64,000 bases of DNA. Source: a virus. The DNA lies in the IMG/VR virus record IMGVR_UViG_3300023237_000012, positions 6,643 to 70,642 of that record; one strand, given 5' to 3'. Below the pieces are notes generated by a model that worked only from the letters and a program-made list of their open reading frames with translations, had not been told where the DNA came from and did not search any database. Position 1 is the first letter of the stretch. Every line of letters starts with the position of its first letter. Positions 19,151-30,140 of this stretch are shown here, piece after piece. The position numbers were made by a program, and so were the translations under genes.

Positions 19151-22100
19151 TTAAGAAGTACTTGTTCGGGTAAATCCTTGTTCTCCTCTCACTTGCTGAT
19201 TCACAGCAGTCTCAGCTATTGACGGTGCTAATGTGCTAACTACTCGTTCTAAGTCATTAAGACCTCTTGCGAGTGTTGCTGTAGGGAATACGTCAATATT
19301 TAATCCGTCTGGTCTATATTTTGAGAATACTTCAATATCATATTGAAATACATCTAAGTTATTTGGGAATACATCAAAGCCAACTCTCTTAGCGTATGTT
19401 ATATTTGTTGTACCTCCTGTTGCATCACCGCCAACATTGCCGAGTCCTCCGTTTACTCCACTTCCATCACCCCAATAATCTGTCATACGGTATTGGAATA
19501 TGAGTGGAATAGTTAATGCACTAGTACTACCGAACTGGACCGGCTTAAACGAAGTAGTTGCATCACCTTCAACTTGAATTTTTACGTGATCTTCTGTAGA
19601 TAAAAATAAATATGAACCACAAGATGGTTTACTTAATAAATATTGGTCGAATGTATCAAAGCTAGTCTTAACATTTCTTCCATAATCAACAGCAACTAAA
19701 TTAGCATTAGTTATCGCTACACTTGTAAGCGTCGGACTTGCTTCAAATGGCTGTGTACCACCATTCATCATAGTAGGCCACACTGGCAAAATGATAGGTG
19801 TACCTGGCAATGCTGATAGTCCAATTAAATTTTCATTTAAGTATATGTTCTGTTGCTTTCCGTTGATTGCATCAGAACTAAGTGGTGCAAATTTTGATTG
19901 CCTGAATAGAATCTTAGAAGTGTTATTAGCAATACAATCAACTACGCTACTTGTAAGTGTTAAACTATCTCCAGTCTTTTCTATATATTCAGCTTTAAAG
20001 GCTTCGAATTTTGCAACGATTGGATGTTCGATATGAACCTCAATCACAGCGTCATTAAATGTTTGGAGGGCAGCAGTAGTTGGCTCTCCAAACCCAATAA
20101 ATCCACCACCCCATATAAATTCAGAAGAAACTGCAACTACTGTTGCAACTGGCCTTCCGTAGAAATTCTCAGCTGTATCTAAGTTAATAACGTAATCATC
20201 TTCAGGATTAACGTAGTTATAAAATACCTCCTCACTTGATACATCACTAAATCTACTGTAAATATATTGGTTTTTATTCTGTGGAGACTGAAACGGTGCT
20301 TGTGACTTATCTTGATTATATCCTCTTCCTTCAGGATTCGTAAGTAGTATCGGAGTTAAGTCATATTTTCTCTGGTTATTATAATCACTATCGTTAGTCA
20401 AATAAGTTGAACGACCAGTTGATTGGTTAGCTGCACTGTTATTAAGCCAAGGGTAAACTGCTGGTAATCTTACTTCACCATCTTGTGCATTAGTTATACT
20501 GAATGCTGGACTCTCAGACTGTTTTACCATTCTGCTTCTGTTTCCAGTTACCCTCGCAATAAGTTGGAGTGTAGTTTGTTCAACATCTTCAAGAGTAATG
20601 AAGAATGTCTTAGTCACAATGGCTCCTCTTGGATCATCAAGTGTTGATACTTCCTTAGAGTAATACCCAGCAAATACGCGATTAAGTGTATCTTTAACTA
20701 AATTGATTACATTACCTTGATCATCAATAAGTGTTACTTTCAGCTTACCTTGTGCTTTTCTTAGTATTTCATTGAACGTATCTAACTGTCCTTGCATTTG
20801 AGCAAGCTTGGCAAATAAATCAATTGGCGTTTGATTCTCTGATAAGAATCCTGAAGCTATTGCTGCTGCAGTATGAGCGAAATAATTTTCGTTAGCAGTA
20901 AACGCACTTGCCAAATGTTGATCTATTCCTTTTGCATTTAGATCTTCTTCTAATGCAACTTTTGCTAAATCTTCTCTGTTTTGAGCTACGATTGCTTCAA
21001 CGGTACTATCAGAACTTAAATCCGCTGGGAATTTAAGTCTTACAGAATTAGACCATGCACTTTCTAATGGATTACTTGGCCATCCTGCTTCAGATACAGA
21101 CTTAACTTGAAATTCTACTATTTCTCCCTTTCTAATTGGAAGGTTTACTTGGTTGATGTTAACAGCGTCAGCATCTTCATTATTTATTACTGCCCATTCA
21201 TATTGACCAGTCAGAGTGTTTTTAACTCGTGGTCTTATTATACTTTCTGATAGTTCCCAATTTGAGAATGCAGCTTGTGATTGGCCTACGCCATCTCCGT
21301 ATGAAAATTGATCAACTGGGTTAGCAGCACCATCTTGTGAAAGGTATCTATAACGAGTTATGAATTTAATTAAAGCTTGAACTCCAGTAGAAGGTTTAGA
21401 TTTTTCCTCTGGCATTGGGAAGAATCCCCGACCTCTATACTTTGGTAAAATGCTTGAGACAGAGTTATCAGAAGCTTTAGCTGATATTTCTTTTACAACT
21501 GAAGCGTATAACTCAGCTTGTGTTGATCTATCAGTTATTAAGCCTTGTAGTTCGTTCTTGTCAGCATCACGCTCAACCTCTGTTCCATAATTCGTAGTTT
21601 GTATTCTGGTTCTCTTCTGCTTAATTGCAGTATCAAGTTCCTTTAGCTTAGCTTCAAGTGAAGTCTTTTGATTATTAAGATCTTGAAGCTGAACTATTGC
21701 ATCTGAGTTAGTTACTTGCTTATTAACATTCTTAACACTAAAGTCAGCTACGACTAATGTTGGTGGATTTGGAGTAACACCTTCTTTTGATGTTGGTAAT
21801 TTATCCTGTGCAAATGATAATAAGAATCTTCCAAAGTCAACTGCTTGTGTTTGGTAAAAATCTGAAAGTGTTTGCTCTGTTCCGAATTGATCTATCGTAG
21901 TAAGTTCGTTCGTGAAGAAAGCTACACCCGGAGACCAATTCACTGCAGGCATTTTTGAGTCTGGATCAATAGGCTTAATAAACACCATACAATATTCATC
22001 GAACCCTACAGTCGTTTCTATCTCAACTTGATCGTTAAGGCTACTTCCTATTTTTAGTACATCCGCACCAATCCCAATCGCCTTTACACCTTCAGCAAGT

Positions 22101-22972
22101 GCTAAGATAACTGTATTCCTACTACTATCTACTTGAAGAACTGTGTATCTTGTATCAACTGGGTTTGACATAACTTCAAGGCTATCTCCAACTTTAATTT
22201 GAATAGTATCTTTGAAATTTGCTTCGGCATCTGAATACAGTAGCTTATTAAGCTTGTATAACTTTTTCTGAGTGGTCTGAGTAACTCCATTTACTTCCTC
22301 GGTGAAATCTGTCTCCGATATTCGAGTAACGCTGAAATTTCCGCTATACCTCTTTTCTCTTGGTGGAAGATCAGTAACAGCTTCATCTAATACATAAGAA
22401 ATATTACGTTCTACAATATCTGATAAGAATTGTTCGAAGTCAATATCTGACCGTCCTTTATAATTGCTGTTGAAGAAGTTCTTTTTACTCTGAGTATTAA
22501 GTTCTAAAATATATCTCTTATTAATAGCTCGTTCAGTGTCAATAGGAACTTGTCCAGTTACATCGAATGTTACGAATAGAAGGGGGTTGATTAAACTTTC
22601 AAAAAACCAATTTGATTTGAAGCCAAACTGATTTACAGAATTTAATGTGGTTAGATCCTGAGCTTCTGCTGGTAATTTAGCTAAAACTAATTTTCTGAAT
22701 GTACCATCTGATAATCTAACTGAGCTTCCAGTTCCACTAACATTAGTTATTACGTCTACGTTAGCTTGAAGTGTATCGATTTGATTCTTCAGAAACCCAA
22801 AGCTTGGTATCGTTACCTTTTTGATGTTCCCATCACTGCCTTGGAGATCAACGGTAACTGAATTACGATTTGAAGTTATAGCCTGGTTAACTTTCTCAAA
22901 ACTCTCCAATGCATTATTGAAGAGCCTTAATAGTTCAGGTAATAGTGTTGAAAGAGAGTTTTGTTCTGCCAT
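19151..22972 (-). CDS. Large virion structural protein with coiled coil and FN3-like segment
   Basis: 1273 aa; VKSVSEAGWPSNPLESAWS; promoter at 23012-23019. Confidence 0.6.
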   Translation of the reverse strand: MAEQNSLSTLLPELLRLFNNALESFEKVNQAITSNRNSVTVDLQGSDGNIKKVTIPSFGFLKNQIDTLQANVDVITNVSGTGSSVRLSDGTFRKLVLAKLPAEAQDLTTLNSVNQFGFKSNWFFESLINPLLFVTFDVTGQVPIDTERAINKRYILELNTQSKKNFFNSNYKGRSDIDFEQFLSDIVERNISYVLDEAVTDLPPREKRYSGNFSVTRISETDFTEEVNGVTQTTQKKLYKLNKLLYSDAEANFKDTIQIKVGDSLEVMSNPVDTRYTVLQVDSSRNTVILALAEGVKAIGIGADVLKIGSSLNDQVEIETTVGFDEYCMVFIKPIDPDSKMPAVNWSPGVAFFTNELTTIDQFGTEQTLSDFYQTQAVDFGRFLLSFAQDKLPTSKEGVTPNPPTLVVADFSVKNVNKQVTNSDAIVQLQDLNNQKTSLEAKLKELDTAIKQKRTRIQTTNYGTEVERDADKNELQGLITDRSTQAELYASVVKEISAKASDNSVSSILPKYRGRGFFPMPEEKSKPSTGVQALIKFITRYRYLSQDGAANPVDQFSYGDGVGQSQAAFSNWELSESIIRPRVKNTLTGQYEWAVINNEDADAVNINQVNLPIRKGEIVEFQVKSVSEAGWPSNPLESAWSNSVRLKFPADLSSDSTVEAIVAQNREDLAKVALEEDLNAKGIDQHLASAFTANENYFAHTAAAIASGFLSENQTPIDLFAKLAQMQGQLDTFNEILRKAQGKLKVTLIDDQGNVINLVKDTLNRVFAGYYSKEVSTLDDPRGAIVTKTFFITLEDVEQTTLQLIARVTGNRSRMVKQSESPAFSITNAQDGEVRLPAVYPWLNNSAANQSTGRSTYLTNDSDYNNQRKYDLTPILLTNPEGRGYNQDKSQAPFQSPQNKNQYIYSRFSDVSSEEVFYNYVNPEDDYVINLDTAENFYGRPVATVVAVSSEFIWGGGFIGFGEPTTAALQTFNDAVIEVHIEHPIVAKFEAFKAEYIEKTGDSLTLTSSVVDCIANNTSKILFRQSKFAPLSSDAINGKQQNIYLNENLIGLSALPGTPIILPVWPTMMNGGTQPFEASPTLTSVAITNANLVAVDYGRNVKTSFDTFDQYLLSKPSCGSYLFLSTEDHVKIQVEGDATTSFKPVQFGSTSALTIPLIFQYRMTDYWGDGSGVNGGLGNVGGDATGGTTNITYAKRVGFDVFPNNLDVFQYDIEVFSKYRPDGLNIDVFPTATLARGLNDLERVVSTLAPSIAETAVNQQVRGEQGFTRTSTS

Positions 22973-23041
22973 CTAATATTTTTAATCTAATGTGGTGTAC
23001 TACCACAGGTTTATATATCAGTATAAAAAGGAACTTCTGAA

Positions 23042-25156
23042 TTACTTAATGATGTCGTATGCAAAATTTAATACACCTTGCTCAAGACAAACTAATTCAA
23101 AGAGTGGATTTACGCTTAGTTCTGCATTACTAATGACAGCTGCTTGGTATCCGTAAGCACCACCACCCATTCGGTTTTGTGCATCTGTAAAAATTCTAAT
23201 GTTTCTACTTCCCATATCAATACCGTCTGTAAATGCAAACCTTACAGTCTGACCTTCTTTCCATTGGATATCAGAATCATCGATGTAAAGTAATAAGTCA
23301 CCTCCAGCTGTATTTACAGTTTCAAGTCTTAACATATTAGTGAACGGTAAAAGTTCCATAGTTGCTTGAGGCTGAGCTACATTCATGTTCAGAGGGTTAG
23401 CTGCGTTAATTTCAATATCGTTAAGATCAAATGATGACATTATCACATATTCCTGAGAACCTAAAGAAAGTGTTACTTGGTTCGGTACTGTCTTATCAAC
23501 AATAATTCCTGAACCTTGTCTTAGAACACCAGTATTATACTGCAAGCTAAGTGATACGTCACCATTAGCGAGACCTTGAATTTCATCAGCGTTCTTCGCA
23601 ATAAGATCTAATAAAGTTGCACCGTCCGCAAATGCAAGATTTGCTTGGTTAAGCTGTACCTGCTGTGCATCAATCTGAGCCTGTAAGAATGCTGAAGAAC
23701 TAACTGCTGCAATTGAATTTTCTAATCCTTGCACTCTTTGTTCAAGTTCAGAGATTTCAAGCTGTTGTCTCTGGAATATCTTTGCAGATTCCTGCAGCTG
23801 AGCAGTCGCATCCGAAAACAACCCCATGGAGAAAGTATTGTAATCATTTATGATCGTATCAATCCCAGTAGTTCCAGGTGATGCGTCAAACCTAAGATTC
23901 ATTTTGAACCCATAAGAATTACCATTCTGTCCAGTAATTTTATTAGGCTTGTATTTTGGGTATCTTTGAATATAGCCACCATCAGTTGTTGGTGTTATAT
24001 TATCCAATAGAAGAATTCCGTATAAGTTAGTTGCGTTCTTTGTAGAATCACTTGAATCTACTACATTGTAATAAACTAAGACAGCGTTAAATTCAAACGT
24101 TCCTGAAAGATCAGTTCCATTAAATTGTGCAATGGTACTTACTTCTGCATTTTGAACTATTTGCTGATAATCATTAGGATTGAAGTCAACTGATATTCCA
24201 TCAAGTTTACTTCGCCTGTAAGCTACTCCACTAAATCCAGCTGGGTTGCCGTAATCTGCAGGGTACTTACGAATATCAACATTAGACGGATCAATGAATG
24301 AAATAGGTTCTGTAAAATAAGCATCAGTCGTAGTAGGAGGAGTTGATTCGTTCATCCAATTTGCATTAGGATCTGTATAACCAGCTGGTCCAGTTCCTAA
24401 TAGTGCACTATCGTAGTCATAGAACGCATCGATGCTTAATCCCTGTGGATGTATCGTGGATGCGTTTCGTCCAAGTATAAATTCATCATCACCTTGAAGT
24501 TTTAGTCCAGGCTGATAATTAGAATCTTCAAGTGACTCAAATAAAATCGTTGGAGTATTTCCAACTTCTGTTGGTATATTTATGTAAAGTTCTGTATAAG
24601 CTTCTCCACCTCTGTCAACATTGTTGACAATATCAATGTCACCGATATACTTAACTACTCTTTGGTATTGAACATTGCCAGTTGTACTTTCATCTTCCTC
24701 AACAAAAAGAGGATCTGTTACAGTCCCTGCTCGTTCAAGTGTAGTTGAACTTCTGAAGCGCATTGCACCAGTCTCCTTCAACCATTTGAAAAATACTCGT
24801 TCAGCAACTGATTTATTAGTTGTGTTGTCATAATCAGTATCACTAATGATTATTTCTTCTAAGTTGAATGCGTAGTTTTGTAAACTTTCAGTAAAGCTAA
24901 CATTTGGATCTGCTCTTAAGCCACCATCAAATATCATACCATCAGCAGTATCAAACTGCATGTAGTTTTGTCTACTACTAAAGCTATTAAAATCTAACCT
25001 ATCGAAATCTGGAAGGTTAAGTACTACAAATTTAGAAAACACAAGTCTAAGGTTCTCATTGCTTAGAGTTCTTGAAAGATCTCTTGCAGCAGATGAGAAT
25101 GTAAAGAAGGTTCCACCATCAGCTTGAGGTGTTCTTATTAATGGAGTAGTTGCCAT
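23042..25156 (-). CDS. Virion/baseplate structural protein
   Basis: 704 aa; FNAVLVYY..NLYGILLLD; central coiled coil; structural context. Confidence 0.55.
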   Translation of the reverse strand: MATTPLIRTPQADGGTFFTFSSAARDLSRTLSNENLRLVFSKFVVLNLPDFDRLDFNSFSSRQNYMQFDTADGMIFDGGLRADPNVSFTESLQNYAFNLEEIIISDTDYDNTTNKSVAERVFFKWLKETGAMRFRSSTTLERAGTVTDPLFVEEDESTTGNVQYQRVVKYIGDIDIVNNVDRGGEAYTELYINIPTEVGNTPTILFESLEDSNYQPGLKLQGDDEFILGRNASTIHPQGLSIDAFYDYDSALLGTGPAGYTDPNANWMNESTPPTTTDAYFTEPISFIDPSNVDIRKYPADYGNPAGFSGVAYRRSKLDGISVDFNPNDYQQIVQNAEVSTIAQFNGTDLSGTFEFNAVLVYYNVVDSSDSTKNATNLYGILLLDNITPTTDGGYIQRYPKYKPNKITGQNGNSYGFKMNLRFDASPGTTGIDTIINDYNTFSMGLFSDATAQLQESAKIFQRQQLEISELEQRVQGLENSIAAVSSSAFLQAQIDAQQVQLNQANLAFADGATLLDLIAKNADEIQGLANGDVSLSLQYNTGVLRQGSGIIVDKTVPNQVTLSLGSQEYVIMSSFDLNDIEINAANPLNMNVAQPQATMELLPFTNMLRLETVNTAGGDLLLYIDDSDIQWKEGQTVRFAFTDGIDMGSRNIRIFTDAQNRMGGGAYGYQAAVISNAELSVNPLFELVCLEQGVLNFAYDIIK

Positions 25157-25169
25157 TTATTTCTCTTAA

Positions 25170-25412
25170 TTAAATGTTGTATTTATGTGATAAGATTTCT
25201 ATTAACAATATAGCTGCATCCCGTTCATCTTTGACATATCCTTTAGATTTTGGTATCACTACATCTTTTAAAAATGTCTTCAGTTCATTTTCTATACGAT
25301 TAGCTGTATTTATACTTCCGGATTCATTTACTTTAACTTCATCGTCCACAGAAATATCTTTAATGTTTCCGAAATCATCAAATGATTCTAATTTCTCTAT
25401 CTTATTTACCAT
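25170..25412 (-). CDS. Small tagged protein
   Basis: KLESFDDF...KVNES tag-like elements. Confidence 0.55.
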   Translation of the reverse strand: MVNKIEKLESFDDFGNIKDISVDDEVKVNESGSINTANRIENELKTFLKDVVIPKSKGYVKDERDAAILLIEILSHKYNI

Positions 25413-25415
25413 GTC

Positions 25416-25925
25416 TTATTCTGTTATTGCGTATAGTTCTTTGACTAAATCTTTATCAACTGGTATTTTACCTTTATCATCCATTGACATTCCAATATGA
25501 TCTATTACAGCGTCAACGTTTTTACTGTTTAGTTTAAGTCCTAGGTCTTTTAAGATATCTGCAGAAAGTTCTTCAATATCACCAGACTTAAATTGTTTAT
25601 AATTGCCTCTATTAAATTCACGAATTTTTCTTATTGCTGCTTCAATATCATACTTCTGAGCTTCGTTAATAGATTCTCCTAAAAGAATTTCCATCGCAGC
25701 AATATATTCATCTTTAGAGTTACTATCTATTGACTTGGTTAATTTGTCAATAGCTTTATAGACATCTTTCTTTTTACCACCCGAAGATATAAAGTCCTCA
25801 ATGTCAGCTTCTTCATTACCAATGTCTTCAATATCCATAGTCATCCAAGACTTAACTAGATTATCGATTTTTCCTTCGTTAATATTTCTACTTTTAAATT
25901 CGTTAGATTCTAATATATGCTTCAT
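25416..25925 (-). CDS. Tagged putative internal head protein
   Basis: Start moved to ATG 25923-25925 (MKHILESNEFKSRNINEG), which removes the overlap with the upstream gene; internal SINEA. Confidence 0.6.
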   Translation of the reverse strand: MKHILESNEFKSRNINEGKIDNLVKSWMTMDIEDIGNEEADIEDFISSGGKKKDVYKAIDKLTKSIDSNSKDEYIAAMEILLGESINEAQKYDIEAAIRKIREFNRGNYKQFKSGDIEELSADILKDLGLKLNSKNVDAVIDHIGMSMDDKGKIPVDKDLVKELYAITE

Positions 25926-25930
25926 GTTGT

Positions 25931-26581
25931 TTATATTAATGTTACTCCAGTGTTTCCAACGATATACCAAACTCCGTTTCCTGTACCATCGTCAATGTAC
26001 ATTAAATGAATAGTTTGACCAATGCCATCTGATCTCATTATTGTAAATCCACCAGGCAGTATTACGTTTCCACCAACACCGATAATATCAACAACACCAG
26101 CAGTAGGTTCAGAGTATATGAAGAATATCTCTTGGCCAATTGTACCATCATTAACTTCAAGCGTAAGTGTATTTATTAAGTCACTATTACCAGTTCGTAC
26201 AGTAGTGTAAGGTGGTACTGCAGTTGATGTACCAATAGGATAAGTTGCTGGTAAAGGACCAGCGAAAGTATCGTTAATAATATTCGGATCAATATCATTT
26301 CTTATAAGACCACCACCGTTAAGTGAGATCTTACCATTCACTCTGATATCTGTTAGAATATCAAAAGTTGCAGCGTTAATGTCTAAAAGAACAGTATTCA
26401 AACCTACTCGTAAAGACTGAGTCTTCACATCGTTAAGATTAGTTATAGTTCCAGCTGTTGGGTTGAAGTAATTTTCAATGGCATTGATTTCACTTGCCAA
26501 GATGCTAAAATTGTCATTAATGACTAATCTTGATCCTGAGAGTGAATCTGTACCTAGAATTTCCGTTACACTTATACTCAT
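25931..26581 (-). CDS. Tail/baseplate-associated structural protein
   Basis: N-terminus ISVTEILGTDSLSGSRLVINDNF parallels ITIQELLASDTISQATDKINVNF of 12215..14494. Confidence 0.55.
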   Translation of the reverse strand: MSISVTEILGTDSLSGSRLVINDNFSILASEINAIENYFNPTAGTITNLNDVKTQSLRVGLNTVLLDINAATFDILTDIRVNGKISLNGGGLIRNDIDPNIINDTFAGPLPATYPIGTSTAVPPYTTVRTGNSDLINTLTLEVNDGTIGQEIFFIYSEPTAGVVDIIGVGGNVILPGGFTIMRSDGIGQTIHLMYIDDGTGNGVWYIVGNTGVTLI

Positions 26582-26596
26582 GGGTTTATTGTTTTA

Positions 26597-29500
26597 TTAT
26601 TCTATGACAAGAATATTTCTTGACTTTATATATTTATTTCCATTTGAATCTTCCAACTCCAATGTAATTTCGTACTTCCCAAGATCTTTAAACAGATAAG
26701 TTAAGTATTTACTATCAAGGTATATATCAGAAGAATTTGGATCAGTAGTATTTACGATCTTCCACTTTGCTTTATCCTTACCAGCTATCTGACATTTGTC
26801 ATAAACAAACATCGTCCACGTCATTCTTGGTAGAACTTTACCATCGTTGATAAATTTAGCACTATTCCAAGTAGGGTTACAGCTTCTATGCTGCCCACTC
26901 TTATATATTAAACTTTCACACCCAGTAGTACCAGTTCCAGTTACACCTGTAATATCGTCAGTATCGCATATCATATTCCCATTTACATCGACAACATCCA
27001 CATAACTGAAGTCACCGTAACCTCCAGTATATCTAGCAACTGCTTGGACAAATATCTGTCGTGATGTAGAATCTAATACTAAGTTGTAAATGTACTTATG
27101 AATTATAGGTTCAGTGCTAAGATTGAGCTGATTAACTGCATCTCTTAAAGTAAGAGGATCTAATCCAAAGAAATGAACACCTTCGTTACCATTAGCATCG
27201 ATTATTTTCAAGTAAGTATTCGGAAACACTTCTTTGAATTGAAAGTGTGCTGGTGTATCACCGCTCAAGCATGTCAGATCCCACCATAAGTGATAAGTAT
27301 CATCCCAATCTCCAGTATCTAAATTATCCCAGAAATACGGTCCTGAGAAACTTTCTTCACCACTATTTTGAAAATTCATCAGAGTAAAGTTAGGAGTTAC
27401 ACCAATGCCGAAATTATTAAGAATAGCATTAACGATATCTAATGATTCATATAAGCTTGGGGTTTCTTCTTCCCATGTAGTAGAAGGCTCAATGGGTAAA
27501 TTCCAAAATGATCCGTAATCATTCCATAAGTAATTACCTTCTTTCTCCCAAGTATATTCTAACTCTCTTGACTGATACCATCCACTATATTCGACCTCAA
27601 TTGGTTCAACACAGATGTAATCTAATTTAACTTTAGATGAAATGTTATTATAGAGATCAAAGAGTTTAATTTCTACATTATAGTTCCCGTAATATGGAAG
27701 GACTAACGGAAGTTGATTAAGATCAACTAATGGACCTCTTATTGTATAATAGTATTCTTGAGTTTCATCTTCGTCTTTCCAAACTGTCCATTCTATTTCC
27801 TGGAAGTTTCCTTGGAGGATACTATCCCAAGTGAATAAGTTAGGTCCTACTAATACTTCTTCCCTAAATTGAGAATTGCTATATGGGAAATTATGATTTA
27901 CTGATGTTACTAATCGGTTAGGTGTTTCTCCAAAGAATCTTATCGTTGGACCTGACAGAGTTGTCTCTGTTGTAATATCCCAAAGTAACCAAGGATCGAC
28001 AAATGAAGTTCTTAATGCTTGAACTTGGGTATAAATAGCATCTCTTACAGTTGTAGCAGTATCACCTAAACTCGTTATATAAGTTGCACCGATCCCAGTT
28101 ACAGGATCAGTTAATGTAAATACATCACCCTCCATTGGATCTACTGGTTCAAAGTCAATATTATAATAAACTCCACCACCACTTAAATCAATCCATGTTG
28201 AATTGATGTCGTTCCAAGTTAGTTGCCCAAATGTACAGTTATCTAATACAATAGGAGCACCTATTGGAATGTTTGGTGAATCTGGAAGCCGATTTGAAGA
28301 TCTTCCTGGAATATGCTCTAACGTGTTTATGTTCGGGGCATATCTACTGAAGTAAGCTAAATAAAAATCTGAAAGATCACTCAAAGTATAAGTATCACCA
28401 TCGGTGGGTAATCCTAATACTCCATTTGGATCTGGTCCAATCGGTGGAAGAGGAATACTTTCTCCAGTAGTATAAGGTCCTAATACAATATTCTGATCTG
28501 GATAACCTGGAAGTGGACATATCCAAGAATTACCGACAATGCTATAACCAACTTGAGCACATGGCTTAATAAGATAGTTCATATCTCTTAAATCTTGAAG
28601 ATTTACACATTCTCCAGGTATAGATTTGAAGTCGGCATCTATACCAACAGTAATATTATTCTTATCATTACGACTCAATGTATTAGTTACTTCATTAAGT
28701 CCAAAGAAATCTGCTTCCCCGACAATATCTTTTATGTGAGCGTTAAGTGGAAGGAATTCATTTTCAAGCTTACGCTTAAGCCCAAACAGTTTTATTAAAA
28801 CTTCTTCGATTGTAAAATCTGAAGTCTCCTCAGTTAATGGTAAATCTCCGATTCCATATTCGCCTTCTTTAATTTTATTAATACGATAGATCAAACTAAA
28901 CATGCTTGTCTTTCTGTACTTCTTATTTGGAAGTGTTACTTTCTCATCATTCCAATTTACGATAGTTGGATCAAATGCAGCTATAGGATTGCTCTGTAAT
29001 AACTTTCCAAAGCTTGGGCTATTTTTATCAACATTTTTCCAGAATTCTTTTATCTGTAGATTATCATAACCGAAGAACTTGATTGCATTTACAAGACCCT
29101 TATAAGATCCAATAAATGGATATATGTTTTGGCCTTCTAAGATTATCTCTTTTCGCTTTAAGTTAACCTCAATCCAATCGGGTAGTATTTCATTTACGTC
29201 TGTGTCTTTAAATATAGAGCTATCGCTTCCTATGACACTATATCCTAAATTCTGCGTAAGAACTTTGAATCGTTCATCTTCAGCTATAGTCTCTCCAACA
29301 ACTTCAAATTTAGCAACGAGTGTATTCGTACAAGTATCTCTTATAAGCAGTGTACGCTTATATGTATTCTCAACCTTTGAGTTAATTGCGAAGTCCACTT
29401 GGAGTGCAGCAGAAGTAATGTAATCAGTTGTAACGAGACCATCAGTACCCATAATGTCACTTGAATCTGAATCAAGCAGATATTCTATTTCATCATAAAT

Positions 29501-29866
29501 CTCAATAGGTGGCCCATCAGGTTCTCTTACGAGTGCTGATTGAATTCCACTTACATAATCTCGGTTAAAGGTGAATAAGAATATCTCTGTAGGTGATGTC
29601 TGTTCCCATTCTGCTAACCAACCACAACTTCCAGTCCCGGCAGTTGCTGGTACAGAGTTTAAAGAATGAGGAAATCCAAATTCTTGTGTGTTTGAAGTAG
29701 CATTGATAAATTCCTCTAGGATGAACAGTTGCCCAACCTCAAATAAATCTACAGAAACCTGTGGTAAGTAAACAGTACCAGACCACAGATTTTGATCAAT
29801 GTCGTAATCGAAATTATAGTTCTTTCCATTCTTATCAAAGAAGTGTAAGTATCTCCAGCTATTCAC
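26597..29866 (-). CDS. Baseplate wedge protein (gp7-like) with PKD-like domains
   Basis: IGSYKGLVNAIKFFGY; GNYNVEIKL and GKYEITLELEDSNGN PKD-like ends; follows the baseplate J-like gene. Confidence 0.55.
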   Translation of the reverse strand: MNSWRYLHFFDKNGKNYNFDYDIDQNLWSGTVYLPQVSVDLFEVGQLFILEEFINATSNTQEFGFPHSLNSVPATAGTGSCGWLAEWEQTSPTEIFLFTFNRDYVSGIQSALVREPDGPPIEIYDEIEYLLDSDSSDIMGTDGLVTTDYITSAALQVDFAINSKVENTYKRTLLIRDTCTNTLVAKFEVVGETIAEDERFKVLTQNLGYSVIGSDSSIFKDTDVNEILPDWIEVNLKRKEIILEGQNIYPFIGSYKGLVNAIKFFGYDNLQIKEFWKNVDKNSPSFGKLLQSNPIAAFDPTIVNWNDEKVTLPNKKYRKTSMFSLIYRINKIKEGEYGIGDLPLTEETSDFTIEEVLIKLFGLKRKLENEFLPLNAHIKDIVGEADFFGLNEVTNTLSRNDKNNITVGIDADFKSIPGECVNLQDLRDMNYLIKPCAQVGYSIVGNSWICPLPGYPDQNIVLGPYTTGESIPLPPIGPDPNGVLGLPTDGDTYTLSDLSDFYLAYFSRYAPNINTLEHIPGRSSNRLPDSPNIPIGAPIVLDNCTFGQLTWNDINSTWIDLSGGGVYYNIDFEPVDPMEGDVFTLTDPVTGIGATYITSLGDTATTVRDAIYTQVQALRTSFVDPWLLWDITTETTLSGPTIRFFGETPNRLVTSVNHNFPYSNSQFREEVLVGPNLFTWDSILQGNFQEIEWTVWKDEDETQEYYYTIRGPLVDLNQLPLVLPYYGNYNVEIKLFDLYNNISSKVKLDYICVEPIEVEYSGWYQSRELEYTWEKEGNYLWNDYGSFWNLPIEPSTTWEEETPSLYESLDIVNAILNNFGIGVTPNFTLMNFQNSGEESFSGPYFWDNLDTGDWDDTYHLWWDLTCLSGDTPAHFQFKEVFPNTYLKIIDANGNEGVHFFGLDPLTLRDAVNQLNLSTEPIIHKYIYNLVLDSTSRQIFVQAVARYTGGYGDFSYVDVVDVNGNMICDTDDITGVTGTGTTGCESLIYKSGQHRSCNPTWNSAKFINDGKVLPRMTWTMFVYDKCQIAGKDKAKWKIVNTTDPNSSDIYLDSKYLTYLFKDLGKYEITLELEDSNGNKYIKSRNILVIE

Positions 29867-29870
29867 TTAG

Positions 29871-30140
29871 TTAATTTATTTTGTCGTAATATTTTGGTAC
29901 TGCAAAGTTATAATATACTCTTATGTATTTAACAGCATTAATATAAGCTACCATGATAGGCTGTAAGTGTTTGGTTAAAAACTCCTCTACATTCGGATTC
30001 TTAAACATATAATTAGAAAGGGTTCTCTTCATAAGATTAGAGCCATAGTCATATCCAAGATTTTTCAGCTCCCAATCTTTATCGTAAGTTGCTCTCCATG
30101 GACTTGGAAATCCTTCACGTCGGCCTGTCGTCTTTGGCAT
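29871..30140 (-). CDS. Small baseplate-operon protein
   Basis: Tightly packed between two wedge genes. Confidence 0.55.
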   Translation of the reverse strand: MPKTTGRREGFPSPWRATYDKDWELKNLGYDYGSNLMKRTLSNYMFKNPNVEEFLTKHLQPIMVAYINAVKYIRVYYNFAVPKYYDKIN

